DNA of 64,000 nt from Promethearchaeota archaeon (GTDB lineage Archaea > Asgardarchaeota > Lokiarchaeia > Sigyniarchaeales > SOKP01): NCBI GenBank assembly GCA_048938445.1, contig JBHLME010000003.1, positions 15,824 to 79,823 on the forward strand, read 5' to 3'. Shown piece after piece: positions 50,203-60,336 of this stretch. Numbering within the stretch: the first letter of the stretch is position 1; every line of letters starts with the position of its first letter. The notes below the pieces were generated by a model. It was not told the DNA's origin and did no database searches. It saw only the letters and a list, made by a program, of their open reading frames with translations. A program made the position numbers and the translations under genes.

Positions 50203-51432
50203 TTAAGAATTAATTAATGCTCTTGCATTCTCTTGCATATCAAGCACTTTTTTTGAGGAAAAACCAGATATTTTAGAAGCAAGATCATCAGGATCCGCTG
50301 CCAAGAGGTCTTCAATTGAAGAAATACCCTGACTTGCCAAATTTTCTGCCGTGCCTTTTCCGATACCTTTAACGCTTGTCAATATAATTCTGCTTGAACC
50401 TTTAGAATCCATATCACTTACAGATTCTTCATAGAGAGCTTCGATATCAAAAGTTACGATATCTTTATCATCCTCATACAATTCCACGTTATCAGTATCA
50501 GCAATCCCCGCTGACGTGATGTAAAACTCGCACTCTTCGGGAGGCAGGTCGGGAGCATCAACGATGATTCCCCTCCGTTTTAAAGAGCAATTTGAAGAGA
50601 ATCCCTTAGTCTTGAACATCATCCTGAAGTGGCAGCCATGAGCAACAATATTTCCTCCTATGGCATCATCTGCAGCGAACATTCCAACCATTTTCGTTGC
50701 AACTTGATTCGTGAGTAAGATAGCACAATTATAAGTCTCTGCTATACGCGACAAACCGTGAATCATGTTATTAAGCACGGATTGCCTCCTTGCTAACATT
50801 CCAATGCCAATATATTCATTCCGCATTAATGCCATGAGACTATCAACAATGATCAATCTAACATTTCTGGTCTTACATAAAGTTTCTGATTTATGGATCA
50901 TCTGTGTTTGGTGATCTGAGCTATAAATCCTTGAATGATATAAACGTGATAGGATTTTCTTAGGATCCATTCCAAATCTTCTTGCTATTCGCTTTATTTT
51001 TTCTTTTGAGAAGGTATTTTCCGTGTCGATGTAAGCAACCGAAGCATCCAATCCTCCCTTACTCTTAGGAAGTTGGACTGTCACCGCAATCGTGTGAGCA
51101 AGGTTGGTCTTACCTGACTTGAATGGTCCAAATACTTCAGTTAATTTTCCGGTTTGAATCCCTCCACCTAAAATTTGGTTTAATCCGCTTGAACCAGTAG
51201 TGATTGTCTCGACATTCTCATTAATTTCAGCAGCTGCAGTAAAATCAGTCATACCCAATGCATCTCTAGCATTCCAAATGAGTTTTTTTGCTGTCTTATC
51301 TCCTAAACCGTCGATTTCAGCAACAAAAGAAGCAGGGGACATTGCTAAAGCTTCAGCAGTGCTCACCCCATTTTCTCGAAGGAGCTTGATCTGTCGGGCA
51401 TTAATTCCCTTGACCTGGTCTAATTCAGACAT
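50203..51432 (-). CDS. radA: RadA/Rad51-family recombinase with an extra C-terminal HhH domain
   Basis: N-terminal HhH, polymerisation Phe (DFTAA), Walker A GPFKSGKT, IDTENTF, LIIVDS, TNQV, GGNIVAH; C-terminal VKGIGKGTAENLASQGISSIEDL. Confidence 0.92.
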   Translation of the reverse strand: MSELDQVKGINARQIKLLRENGVSTAEALAMSPASFVAEIDGLGDKTAKKLIWNARDALGMTDFTAAAEINENVETITTGSSGLNQILGGGIQTGKLTEVFGPFKSGKTNLAHTIAVTVQLPKSKGGLDASVAYIDTENTFSKEKIKRIARRFGMDPKKILSRLYHSRIYSSDHQTQMIHKSETLCKTRNVRLIIVDSLMALMRNEYIGIGMLARRQSVLNNMIHGLSRIAETYNCAILLTNQVATKMVGMFAADDAIGGNIVAHGCHFRMMFKTKGFSSNCSLKRRGIIVDAPDLPPEECEFYITSAGIADTDNVELYEDDKDIVTFDIEALYEESVSDMDSKGSSRIILTSVKGIGKGTAENLASQGISSIEDLLAADPDDLASKISGFSSKKVLDMQENARALINS

Positions 51433-51514
51433 GTATCATTCACCTTTATTGATGTAAATATTTAAAATCATTTTTGGATAAATTAAATTATATGATTATC
51501 CATAAATTGGAAGT

Positions 51515-51529
51515 TTATAAAAGAAAAAA
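51515..51529 (-). promoter_or_regulatory. T-rich-BRE TATA promoter of radA
   Basis: Minus strand TTTTTT-C-TTTTATAA about 82 nt before the radA start. Confidence 0.55.
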
Positions 51530-51682
51530 GGTACTAATGAATCTTCTTCTATATTTAATTTTCGAATTAAGATTAATATCTTGGATATAGTTAATCATGA
51601 AAGATTTTAAACATAAAATATTTGAGAAATTAAAAAAAAAAAGAATGTTTTTATGGGTATTAATATAGCGATATTTATTTTT

Positions 51683-53209
51683 CTAAATCGTGTCAAATTG
51701 ATCCTTTTTTCTCTTGATTTGAATTGAAAGAACGACAGTAACCATGACGAAAATACCACTAATTAAGACTATTAATGGGTATCCTGGGATTGTAGTACCT
51801 TCTGGTTCTGAGTAAGTTCTTTGTTGATACGAAATTGTCAATATATCACTCCATTCTCCTATATTAGATTCCTCATAATCCATACTATCATTTGCTCTAA
51901 TTCTATAATAATAATTACCTAAAGGTTTGTTAGAGAGCTCTATCTCTGTAGAAGAAATCCAATAAACTGTATAACTACTGAAATCTGAAGAAGTTGACTC
52001 CCATAATTCATAATATTGAATCCCATTAAGATCATAGGATGGAGCCCATCGTATTTCCCAATTATCCACATAAACTGTCTTATCACTTGTAGACCAGTCA
52101 ATTTTTTCAGGTGGATTTGTATCACTTCCATTTATAATGTATAAATTATAATTACTTCCCCAATATGCTCCATAATTTTCTTCCATATATTGAATGGGTT
52201 CAAACCTTATTTTATCTGAATGCAGGTTACCATGAGCTCTAGAAACTCTAGAGATATAATGAGTGTCTGGTGGAGTGTAATAATAACTATAGCGGTAAAT
52301 CATTGTATGACTACTCCAATACCCTCTCTCTATCCAATAAATATAGTTTGACGTGCAACATACATCTATGGGGTAATTACAGTCATTCTTGATAATTATT
52401 GTTGAAGAACTACTCAGATCATATTTTCTTATTTGACCATCTGGAGTTTCATCATAATCATCATCTTGAGAATACACAATAGAATCTCTAGGTTCATCAA
52501 AAAAAGCACTAAGTATTCCCACTGAATTTATTGTTAGTTCAATAGATTTACTCCCAGTATTATATAAGTTAATTAGGTTTGAATTATAATATATTGCTCT
52601 TTTATTTACCATTTGGATACCAATAGGATTAATATCTTGAGCAACAATATTTAAACTTCCTTCCGAATCACTCCAATGATAAATATCATCTGGTGTAATC
52701 CCATTACTAGTAGTAATCCATATAATATCTATATCTCCAAAGAAATGATCCGAAGAGATTTTTAGTGGAGTATATGGAGAAGAAACTAATTTCCTATAAG
52801 ACAAGGTACCTAGATCTAATCGCATGATTCCGTTATTATATTCTGAAGTAGCTAAATAAATTGCATTAGACTCGACATCGATATCAATCACATTACCTAA
52901 ATTTTCTTGTACCAAAAAAGGTATAAAATCAAGATAGTCCAGATCTATTACATAAATAGAGCCATTATTTGATACATCGCTGTAATAATATAAATAATGA
53001 TCATAGATATCAAAAATTCCATCTGGTATTTCATCTACATAATAACCTGGACTTTCATCATTGTAACTACTATTACGCAACGATAATTCTACTTCTCGTT
53101 TTCCTTCATCAATATTTACATTAAATTCACTATTTAATAGAAGACATGCTGAAAAAACTAAGGAAATAGTAAATAATGTAATTTTATATATATTTTTCAT
53201 TTTTCTCAT
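51683..53209 (-). CDS. Secreted propeller-like + FN3 surface protein with IPGY-TM anchor
   Basis: Signal peptide; YWI/IWI blade-like repeats; FN3 (W.PS.D..GI.YY...YYYRIRA.D); TIPGYPLIVL-TM-KRKK. Confidence 0.8.
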   Translation of the reverse strand: MRKMKNIYKITLFTISLVFSACLLLNSEFNVNIDEGKREVELSLRNSSYNDESPGYYVDEIPDGIFDIYDHYLYYYSDVSNNGSIYVIDLDYLDFIPFLVQENLGNVIDIDVESNAIYLATSEYNNGIMRLDLGTLSYRKLVSSPYTPLKISSDHFFGDIDIIWITTSNGITPDDIYHWSDSEGSLNIVAQDINPIGIQMVNKRAIYYNSNLINLYNTGSKSIELTINSVGILSAFFDEPRDSIVYSQDDDYDETPDGQIRKYDLSSSSTIIIKNDCNYPIDVCCTSNYIYWIERGYWSSHTMIYRYSYYYTPPDTHYISRVSRAHGNLHSDKIRFEPIQYMEENYGAYWGSNYNLYIINGSDTNPPEKIDWSTSDKTVYVDNWEIRWAPSYDLNGIQYYELWESTSSDFSSYTVYWISSTEIELSNKPLGNYYYRIRANDSMDYEESNIGEWSDILTISYQQRTYSEPEGTTIPGYPLIVLISGIFVMVTVVLSIQIKRKKDQFDTI

Positions 53210-53540
53210 CCATTTTTTTTTGTCTTTTGATCTTGTTTTTGTAAATGCAAATAGAGTATATAATGATTTTATAAGGTCCTATTTAAATTAATATACTAGA
53301 AAATTGAACTATTATTTTATCCCTCAAGCAAGTTCTAAACGAATTTTTAACTTTTAGTGTTCAAATCATCATTTTTTACTTTTTTTTTTATTTTCAGTTA
53401 AATATGCATAAATAAAACAATTTTGAATCTTTAAAATTACTAGATTTTTCTTAAAAACTATTTAATCATAGCATTTATATTACCCCTTAGGAGGAAAAAC
53501 CTATTAAAAAGTAAATAATTAATTAATTCTAATGATTTTC

Positions 53541-54275
53541 CTAACAGAAAACCAAACCAGAATTGCATAATTCATATTCAAAATTTTCATTTATACCTTC
53601 AAGATTTATGCTTATATTCATTGACTTCCTTTTTGAGATTATATCATTAGATAAATTCACATTAACGGAGCAAATTCGCTCATATAACTTGTTGAGAAAG
53701 GGTTTTTCTTGTCTTAATTCTGGGACATAAGAAATCTCATGAATTAGAATCAAATAAATCTTCTCCCTTTGACATTTCATTATCAAGGGTGATAAGAGAG
53801 AATCAAAAAATCCATTGATTAAGGTGCTCTTATCTCTAATTGTGCTAGCCCTTGAGAGTTCAAATCTCAAGTGGTGGGATATGTTATCGATGACAATGAA
53901 TTTTAAACTTGGAGGGAGGATGCTTTTATGGTTGATGATTTTATGCAAGACAAGTTCTTGTTCTACAAAATTTGAACAAGGAACGTTACTTGGGATCACA
54001 TACACGTTTTGTTTCAAGTAATGTATTTTTGATCTAGAATCCTTGAAAATCGTCTCAAGGCGCTTATTGGAAAAATATTCAGATGCTTGCACCCATATAC
54101 AGCTTTCTTCAAGAGAGACATCTGTCGTGAGTAAGTGTCCCATTATGAATTGAGCAAGAGTTGTTTTTCCCGATCCAGAGGGTCCTGAAATTGAGAGGAT
54201 TCCGTTCTTGACAAGTAATTTTTCAATTAAGTTCAAATATGATTCTTGAGTATGCATTTTAGAACATTTATTCAA
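53541..54275 (-). CDS. RadB/Rad51-paralog-like ATPase
   Basis: Walker A GPSGSGKT, WVQASEYFSNKRL, Walker B FIVIDNIS; no N-terminal HhH. Confidence 0.82.
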   Translation of the reverse strand: MNKCSKMHTQESYLNLIEKLLVKNGILSISGPSGSGKTTLAQFIMGHLLTTDVSLEESCIWVQASEYFSNKRLETIFKDSRSKIHYLKQNVYVIPSNVPCSNFVEQELVLHKIINHKSILPPSLKFIVIDNISHHLRFELSRASTIRDKSTLINGFFDSLLSPLIMKCQREKIYLILIHEISYVPELRQEKPFLNKLYERICSVNVNLSNDIISKRKSMNISINLEGINENFEYELCNSGLVFC

Positions 54276-54603
54276 GTATTTTTAGTATTTCTTGACGTGC
54301 CTTATCATGCTCATCTAATTCCTCCTCATTATGATTCATATCTTTAATTTCTGAATTAAGACTTGAATTATTTTTTGAAAGCTGTTGCAAGAGCATGAAA
54401 GTAAGGAGTTTTTGAGCCTCATCTTGCATTCCAATGCTTGCACTACTCCTGAATATTCCCTTTCCGCCTTTTTTTCTAGATTTGAGATATATATATCCTC
54501 CACCTATAACTGCAATCAGGATAATTCCTAGGATATAATTCTGTTTGAAAATAACGATCATTGCAACTAAGAGTGCCATGTAAATGAATGCTTTCATTAC
54601 CAA
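54268..54603 (-). CDS. Small membrane protein
   Basis: Two N-terminal TM helices, basic patch, charged tail; overlaps both neighbours. Confidence 0.72.
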   Translation of the reverse strand: MVMKAFIYMALLVAMIVIFKQNYILGIILIAVIGGGYIYLKSRKKGGKGIFRSSASIGMQDEAQKLLTFMLLQQLSKNNSSLNSEIKDMNHNEEELDEHDKARQEILKILE

Positions 54604-55358
54604 TGCGCCTCCTCGATACCAATTTTATAAGGTTCTAATGGCCTGTGAGTCCTACGTGTATATGTATTCATGTTGGTTTTATTTGTCACTCTCAAGTAAG
54701 GATTCCTAAACAATTTTGAAAGGCCTAATAATCCATATTTAAACGTATAATAACCGATACCAATCAAAAAAAGATACAAGAACTCGAAAAGTACTATATT
54801 GAATATTGATAAGAAAAGAAATATTGAAAAAACTGATAATGATAATAAAAACAATTGATATAAAGAATATTGAACATCCTTATTGAAATAATAGACAATA
54901 TTACCTAGATCAGTAGAGGAAGGTGAGGCACCCAACACTAAAGAGAGACACATGAATCCGTAAAATACACTTAATAGATCGGGCACATTAACATTAAAGA
55001 AAAGGTTAAAGCATAGGATGAACAACCACGTGGAGGCTATTAATGGAGCAAATCCTACAACGGCAGATTTTAAAAAAGTCCACTTTCTAGGGCTTAATCG
55101 TACATGACCATGAGGTGCAACTTTAGTGCTCCTTTCTGATCGCCATCCAAAATGAATTTCCTTTATCGGAACTCTTATCAATAAACACGCAATTACATGA
55201 CCCAATTCATGGACGATGACTCCGATGAAATCAAGCACATGTAAAATTTTTTTAAAAGGACCTGATTCAATCCGATATAATGTCTTCCTGATGACTATCG
55301 ATAAGATCATTATCATACAAAAGAATGCTATAGTATTCAGCATGACAAAATTATTCAT
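54597..55358 (-). CDS. M50B-like membrane Zn-metalloprotease
   Basis: GVIVHELGH, GHV, FAP, PSSTD; about 6 TM helices; possible leaderless start at 55343. Confidence 0.82.
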   Translation of the reverse strand: MNNFVMLNTIAFFCMIMILSIVIRKTLYRIESGPFKKILHVLDFIGVIVHELGHVIACLLIRVPIKEIHFGWRSERSTKVAPHGHVRLSPRKWTFLKSAVVGFAPLIASTWLFILCFNLFFNVNVPDLLSVFYGFMCLSLVLGASPSSTDLGNIVYYFNKDVQYSLYQLFLLSLSVFSIFLFLSIFNIVLFEFLYLFLIGIGYYTFKYGLLGLSKLFRNPYLRVTNKTNMNTYTRRTHRPLEPYKIGIEEAHW

Positions 55359-55367
55359 AATTAAAAA

Positions 55368-55384
55368 TATATAAAGAAAAAAAA
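55368..55384 (-). promoter_or_regulatory. T-rich-BRE TATA promoter
   Basis: Minus strand TTTTTTTT-C-TTTATATA about 25 nt before ATG 55343 (leaderless spacing); divergent region. Confidence 0.55.
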
Positions 55385-55616
55385 TAGTTTTGATTAGTCA
55401 TTTTATTGTGACAAAAAAGTAAACACGAAAAATTTACTTTTAATATTTTTAACCAGATTTTTAAATTCTTAAATATTATTAAAAATCGCTTCTAAAACTT
55501 GGCCTTATATTTAATTTTTAGGATTAATTTCTTTTTTCCTTGGACTTCAATTTTCGTGACCGATCCATACTTTCAACTTTTTCCCTTTTTTGCAAAAATC
55601 CTCAAAATGAAATCGA

Positions 55617-55668
55617 GTGATAGGATGCGCCTACTATCATTTTTTGATCCAAAGAATAAGATTTAAAA
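55617..55668 (+). promoter_or_regulatory. Imperfect inverted repeat + canonical BRE/TATA upstream of the tfb-like gene
   Basis: TGATAGG-ATGCG-CCTACTATCA followed by AAAGAATAAG-ATTTAAAA. Confidence 0.5.
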
Positions 55669-55725
55669 AGAGGAGATACCCCCATATATTTCTTAACAAT
55701 AATGAAAAAAATAAGTTGAAAAAAA

Positions 55726-56973
55726 ATGGCAATATTTGGATCTGAAATTGCTAGAGTTTCTTACCCTGAAAATATGACTTGTGATGCATGTCATTCAAAA
55801 AACATAAAGGATCACGAACTCGGACAGGTGTGTGGAGATTGTGGAATTGTCCTTGAAAGAGTCAAATTGGAATATCATAGACCTTATAATGAAGAGGTGC
55901 TCCAACACGCAGTCTTGGGAGGTACGACCATGGGTACAATGAAAGAACGACTTCATTCGTCACGATCTCTCTACCTTAACAAATTAAATAAGTTACATTC
56001 GATTCAGGATTCTGAAGATGCCGTTAATACCAAGGCAAGGAAAGAAATCAAGCGAATTTTCGAACATCTTCAATTACCTAAATCTAAAATAGAATTAGCG
56101 TTTTTAAAGTTCAAAGATTTTCGTTCAAGCCTCCTTCCAGGAACCAAATACAGGAGTCCTGAGAAATTAGTTCCAATCACGATATATTTCTGTATGAAAC
56201 TTAATAACATTTCAATTAGCGAGTCTGAATTGTTAGAAGTTTCGCAGATTAGGAAGAAAGAATTTAATGCTTTCAAACTTCAAATAACGAGGTTCATGCC
56301 AGAGTATGCCGAAAGAAATAGAAAAGATTATATCCTTCAAAAAATCATGGAAATTAGAGAGCACTTTTCCTTAGATATGGTATTTTATTATAGAGCAAAA
56401 GCAATTTTATATAAGTTATGGAATACCATTAATTGCACCAAAGATGAAGTTATTGCGGGATTAGCATGTTCCATAACGACTTTGTGTTGCTATCAAGAGA
56501 GGGAAGATATCTCTGTCAATAGTATATGCTCTAAGCTTGGTATCATGATGAGCACCATACAATCACAAGTGAAGAGGAAAATTATTGATAGATATAAGAT
56601 TCCAAATTTTATCAGCCTCGTGAAATCATCTGATATTCTCAAAAAGATCCTCATTGCATTGAAAATAATTGAAGAAGATTTACCTGTGAATGAAAATGAG
56701 AATGTTGACACATGCAAAATAATTGAAAATGATTTCATAGAAATCAAGTTAATGAGAAAAGGTTTGGGCGCATTTTCTCATGATGAAAATGACAAATATT
56801 ATCATTTTGCATTGAAAGATGTAAATGATAATCCAATTTTCATCGAGATTAAGACAAAAGCAAGACGTAAATTAGATGCTTTAAGTGAAAAAAAGTATTC
56901 TCGGAATTCAAATGGCTCTATATTTGAATTTGGAAGGTATAGATATTTCCGAGTTAAAGGACCACCTGTATAG
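55726..56973 (+). CDS. Divergent TFB/TFIIB-family protein
   Basis: Zn ribbon CDAC...VCGDCGIVLE; two cyclin repeats (ARKEIKRIFEHLQLP...ITIYFCMK; VIAGLACSI...ISVNSICSKLGIMMSTI); ~110-aa C-terminal extension. Confidence 0.85.
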   Translation: MAIFGSEIARVSYPENMTCDACHSKNIKDHELGQVCGDCGIVLERVKLEYHRPYNEEVLQHAVLGGTTMGTMKERLHSSRSLYLNKLNKLHSIQDSEDAVNTKARKEIKRIFEHLQLPKSKIELAFLKFKDFRSSLLPGTKYRSPEKLVPITIYFCMKLNNISISESELLEVSQIRKKEFNAFKLQITRFMPEYAERNRKDYILQKIMEIREHFSLDMVFYYRAKAILYKLWNTINCTKDEVIAGLACSITTLCCYQEREDISVNSICSKLGIMMSTIQSQVKRKIIDRYKIPNFISLVKSSDILKKILIALKIIEEDLPVNENENVDTCKIIENDFIEIKLMRKGLGAFSHDENDKYYHFALKDVNDNPIFIEIKTKARRKLDALSEKKYSRNSNGSIFEFGRYRYFRVKGPPV

Positions 56974-57386
56974 AGCTATTATAATTCCTTTTTATATTTA
57001 AACTTAAATTAATGTATTATTTTTTATTTTTATCTTAATTAATTTGATTGGTTAGTCCTAAGCTATAATTTTATTGCATTTGTTATTGGCTCTTTTTATC
57101 GATTTTTAGCTTTTTTACTCATGTTCTTGACTTTCTGTCCCTTCCTTCCTTTCATTTTTTTTTCATCTCGAGCTAAAAGACCAAATACACCTGCAACTAT
57201 GATTTTATTCTTTTTTTCTCTTTTCATAAATTCAACTTTTCTGGATTTTTTGATATTGAGTTGAAGTTAATATGAGGATCTATATAAATCAATCTGGTTA
57301 ATAATTGAAATTTATGCATTTTTAACTCAAATTTATATTTTTTTTTTATATACTTCCATAAAAGACAATGTATAGAGCACATCTAG

Positions 57387-60320
57387 GTGCAAAAAATGAA
57401 ATTAAAAAAAATAAGTTGTATATTTGGATTAATTAGTTTATTTTGTTTAACGATGTTGTCTGGGATTTTTAATATAGAAAATCTTTCAGAATATTCATAT
57501 GTAAGTGAATATCAAAATGAAATCTTGACTCCTTCCATATCAGTTGGGACTAATGAAGATATTATTGACGAGATTTTGGATGCTAAAATAGGTTTCTTTC
57601 AAGCGGAGCAATTCTTTCCCGGATTGTATGAAACATCCATACATGCAACCTATTATGCGATCTATACAATCTTTACTCTTGGAAAGAGTAATATGTTAAA
57701 CGAAAATACCATCATCGACTTCATTATGGCGCATTACAATAATTCCACTGCACTTTTTGAAGATAGTTATTCGGATCGATATCTAGATACAGACTTTAAC
57801 CAGTGGTATTTTCCTCTCACCACGTTGCTCGAGGTAAATTGCTATGCGTTCCTCACGCTTGACTTGTTAGATGCCATGGACCGGATAGACACGCAAGATG
57901 CCATCGATTTCATCTGGAGCTGCTATAATCCCGTCACCTCGGGATTCATTGGTCAACCTTATGATGCAAGCTTGGAAGAAAAATTCAAAGTATCGACATT
58001 GGATAATACATATCACGCTATATATACCTTGGATTTGCTCATGGATGATTGGACGGTTTACAGTCAGGAAGAGGATGAACTTGTAGCATTTATAAACAGC
58101 TTACAAAATCTGGATGGAAGCATTGATAATGATTTGGATAATCTATTTGATTCCTTACAAATCTGGGAACCAAATCCAATATCCGCGTGGTATGCCGTGA
58201 AAGTACTCGAGTTGTTCAATCAAGTGGACACGATCAACCTTGCAAACCTTAGAACCTATCTCGAAGAACTTTATGATATAGGAAGGGGCTGCTTTAAATT
58301 GTCCACGATATCTGGATATGAACAGCATTCTGACGTGATATCAAGTGCTTTGTGCATGGAAATTTCGGACATCGTGCTCTTTGCCAATTATGACAGGGCA
58401 GCAACGATTCAATTCATCCAGAATAATCGAAATTCTCTGGGAAATTGGAATGAAGGGACGTTGTATGATTATCATGAACTCCTTTATACTTACTTTATCA
58501 TTCGAGCCTTTGATAATACTGGTTCTTTACCAAATCTTAGTCCTGTTGAGGTTGATGAAATTGCAAGCTCCACGAGTTATTATTATGATGGAATTGGTGG
58601 ATATGCAATTCTTTCTAAGGACTACACGCCCATAAAGTCGTTGTATTCGGTGATAAATTCTCTCATGATTGAAGATAAATATGATGACTTGAACTTGTCG
58701 GAAAAGGAGGCGCTTTTTACCTCAATAATCAGCGGATACCAAGAATCTCCTTTTGGCAAATCCGCATTTTTCTACAACATTAAAGCGTACAATCAATTCA
58801 TAGGATTCATGACCTCTCCCTTGGATTGTTTCAGTGCGGGTTCGAAAGAACGGCTTAAAGTAATCGAATACGGAACCACCCATAAAAACACGTATCTTAC
58901 CCTGGAGATGCTTGATCGAATGTTCAAGCTCGATGATTTAGATACTATGCACGATTTAACGAGATTCATTGATAATGTCATTGCTTCCCATTTTATGGAA
59001 ATTGGTTACGATGAGACCGGGGGCTTTTACATCAACGATGGCATTCAAGCCCAACCTGCTAGTCTCCGAGTAAATTTCATCTATTTTGAACATTCATATT
59101 ATGCAATAAAAATCCTTGAATTACTGACTGAATTCTTGGGTATTGGAGATGTACATGATGTTGGAATCGACCACGATGCATTTATCGCTTACATATACCG
59201 AAATATCCAACAATTCGGCGACATTTTATGGTTTCAACCAAAATACACGGATGACGTCGACATCATCTTGAAAAATATTTATTTTGCCATTGATGCACTA
59301 CAAATCTTAGATGCTTTTAATTTAGACGTCCAGAAAATCTATAATTTCATCTACCAAAACATCGATTATACCAACATTAGAAATGTCTATTATTGCCACA
59401 AGATTATTAACGCCTTGAGCTTGGATAACTTTATTAATTATGATATGGTAAAAACATTAATATCTTTGCTTTACGATGAATCGACACACGAATTGTACCT
59501 CACGACTAAAAGGAACAATATCTGTCAAGAGGCACTCTGGTGGGTGTGTGAAATGGCGAATTCAGGTATCATAAAAGCTGAACTTTCAGTAACTGATCCT
59601 GTTCCACTTGGTACGTCAGTAAATGTCTCAGTGACCTTAAAAAACTTGATATACAACGTTTCAACGCAATATTATCTTGTAAATTTTGAAAGTAATCAAT
59701 TGGGAACATTTCAATTACAAGATCATAGCTCATGTTATTGGGATGAGATTTTCATTCCCATTTATCCAAGTAATTATCCATGGATAATAGGAAACATTAG
59801 CATCTATAAAAGCGGTCTCAAACAGCTTGAAGTGCCCTTGGTAATAAATACAACCTACGAGACGTACGAAGAGTTCGATATTAAGAAGCTTGCTGATGGA
59901 AGCATTGTGTTTGATGGATTATCTCAACTCATCATCAATGATGATACCTTTCCTGCGGGATTATATGGATTTCGAGTAAGAGTTGATGTTTACTTTAACG
60001 ATGGATTTACCGAATCACTCTATATGGAGTCTTCTGACACCCAATTTAGCGACCGTACAGAGTATTACTTGAAATACACTCCTCAATCCTATGGTAAATA
60101 TTACTTTGAGATGTATTACGAAAATCCCATTGAACAAAATGCAATAATGATCAATTCTGAATCACTTTCTTACTCGGGAAGTTCAGGAGTTTTCCAAGGA
60201 CCGGACAACGCCCTGACTGGAGCGATCATCATTGGAGTAGCACTTGCCCTCTCCTCAACGGGTGTCATGGTGTTCTCCACTAAGAAACGAGGTGTACTCC
60301 ATAGAAAATTTAATAGATAA
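57387..60320 (+). CDS. Secreted prenyltransferase/squalene-oxidase-repeat (alpha/alpha toroid) protein with C-terminal TM anchor
   Basis: Signal peptide; repeated TYYAI..L..L...ID..I...N..GGF units; beta-rich stalk; TM + KKR. Confidence 0.8.
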   Translation: MQKMKLKKISCIFGLISLFCLTMLSGIFNIENLSEYSYVSEYQNEILTPSISVGTNEDIIDEILDAKIGFFQAEQFFPGLYETSIHATYYAIYTIFTLGKSNMLNENTIIDFIMAHYNNSTALFEDSYSDRYLDTDFNQWYFPLTTLLEVNCYAFLTLDLLDAMDRIDTQDAIDFIWSCYNPVTSGFIGQPYDASLEEKFKVSTLDNTYHAIYTLDLLMDDWTVYSQEEDELVAFINSLQNLDGSIDNDLDNLFDSLQIWEPNPISAWYAVKVLELFNQVDTINLANLRTYLEELYDIGRGCFKLSTISGYEQHSDVISSALCMEISDIVLFANYDRAATIQFIQNNRNSLGNWNEGTLYDYHELLYTYFIIRAFDNTGSLPNLSPVEVDEIASSTSYYYDGIGGYAILSKDYTPIKSLYSVINSLMIEDKYDDLNLSEKEALFTSIISGYQESPFGKSAFFYNIKAYNQFIGFMTSPLDCFSAGSKERLKVIEYGTTHKNTYLTLEMLDRMFKLDDLDTMHDLTRFIDNVIASHFMEIGYDETGGFYINDGIQAQPASLRVNFIYFEHSYYAIKILELLTEFLGIGDVHDVGIDHDAFIAYIYRNIQQFGDILWFQPKYTDDVDIILKNIYFAIDALQILDAFNLDVQKIYNFIYQNIDYTNIRNVYYCHKIINALSLDNFINYDMVKTLISLLYDESTHELYLTTKRNNICQEALWWVCEMANSGIIKAELSVTDPVPLGTSVNVSVTLKNLIYNVSTQYYLVNFESNQLGTFQLQDHSSCYWDEIFIPIYPSNYPWIIGNISIYKSGLKQLEVPLVINTTYETYEEFDIKKLADGSIVFDGLSQLIINDDTFPAGLYGFRVRVDVYFNDGFTESLYMESSDTQFSDRTEYYLKYTPQSYGKYYFEMYYENPIEQNAIMINSESLSYSGSSGVFQGPDNALTGAIIIGVALALSSTGVMVFSTKKRGVLHRKFNR

Positions 60321-60336
60321 TTTAGTTTTTTCTCAA

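Noticed and set aside
57387-60320. Considered as a Rab geranylgeranyltransferase for the local GTPases
   Set aside because: It is predicted to be extracellular, and the GTPases lack C-terminal Cys motifs.
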